Position numbers and translations under genes: made by a program
Shown: in pieces, positions 46,063 through 46,072 of the stretch
Numbering within the stretch: the stretch's first letter is position 1
How the letters are laid out: each line of letters begins with the position of its first letter
From: Octopus bimaculoides
Taxonomy: Eukaryota
Reading direction: 5' to 3'
Assembly (NCBI RefSeq): GCF_001194135.2
Contig: NC_069000.1
Span: forward strand, 36,296,519-36,342,590
Length of the DNA: 46,072 nucleotides
The notes under the pieces: model-generated
Database searches by the model: none
The model's input: only the letters and a program-made list of their open reading frames with translations
Told to the model about the DNA's origin: nothing

Positions 46063-46072
46063 GACTGGAGCT

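Larger units (their letters stand above)
23688..46072 (+). other. DNM1L: DNM1L intron 1 (extends beyond the window)
   Basis: Starts GTAAAT. No SSGKSSVLE/GRDxLPRG/VTRRPL-coding exon found by eye downstream. Confidence 0.7.

Overview
AT-rich, repeat-saturated metazoan genomic DNA, very probably Octopus (inferred from the SINE families; no search was run). Only one protein-coding exon is securely identifiable: coding exon 1 of dynamin-1-like protein (DNM1L/Drp1, + strand, 23586-23687). It has an upstream ETS-type site and a first intron that runs past the end of the window (>22 kb). The rest is mostly retroposons: three tRNA-headed SINE groups (called A, B and C here), 3'-truncated RTE and CR1-like LINE pieces, hAT and piggyBac-like MITEs, decayed hAT transposase fragments, microsatellites and six N-gaps (963-972, 4780-5158, 5733-5765, 12229-12238, 19639-20089, 43522-43621). 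The most notable non-routine signal is a minimal type-I hammerhead ribozyme motif (5516-5558). It sits inside a ~339-nt direct-repeat unit preceded by an inverted partial copy, which is the architecture of a Penelope pseudo-LTR or non-LTR retrozyme. Candidate unannotated first exons/promoters lie near 2400-2555 and 12590-13165. Nearly all ORFs in the supplied track are artefacts of repeats, microsatellites or N runs. Boundaries of degenerate repeats are approximate.
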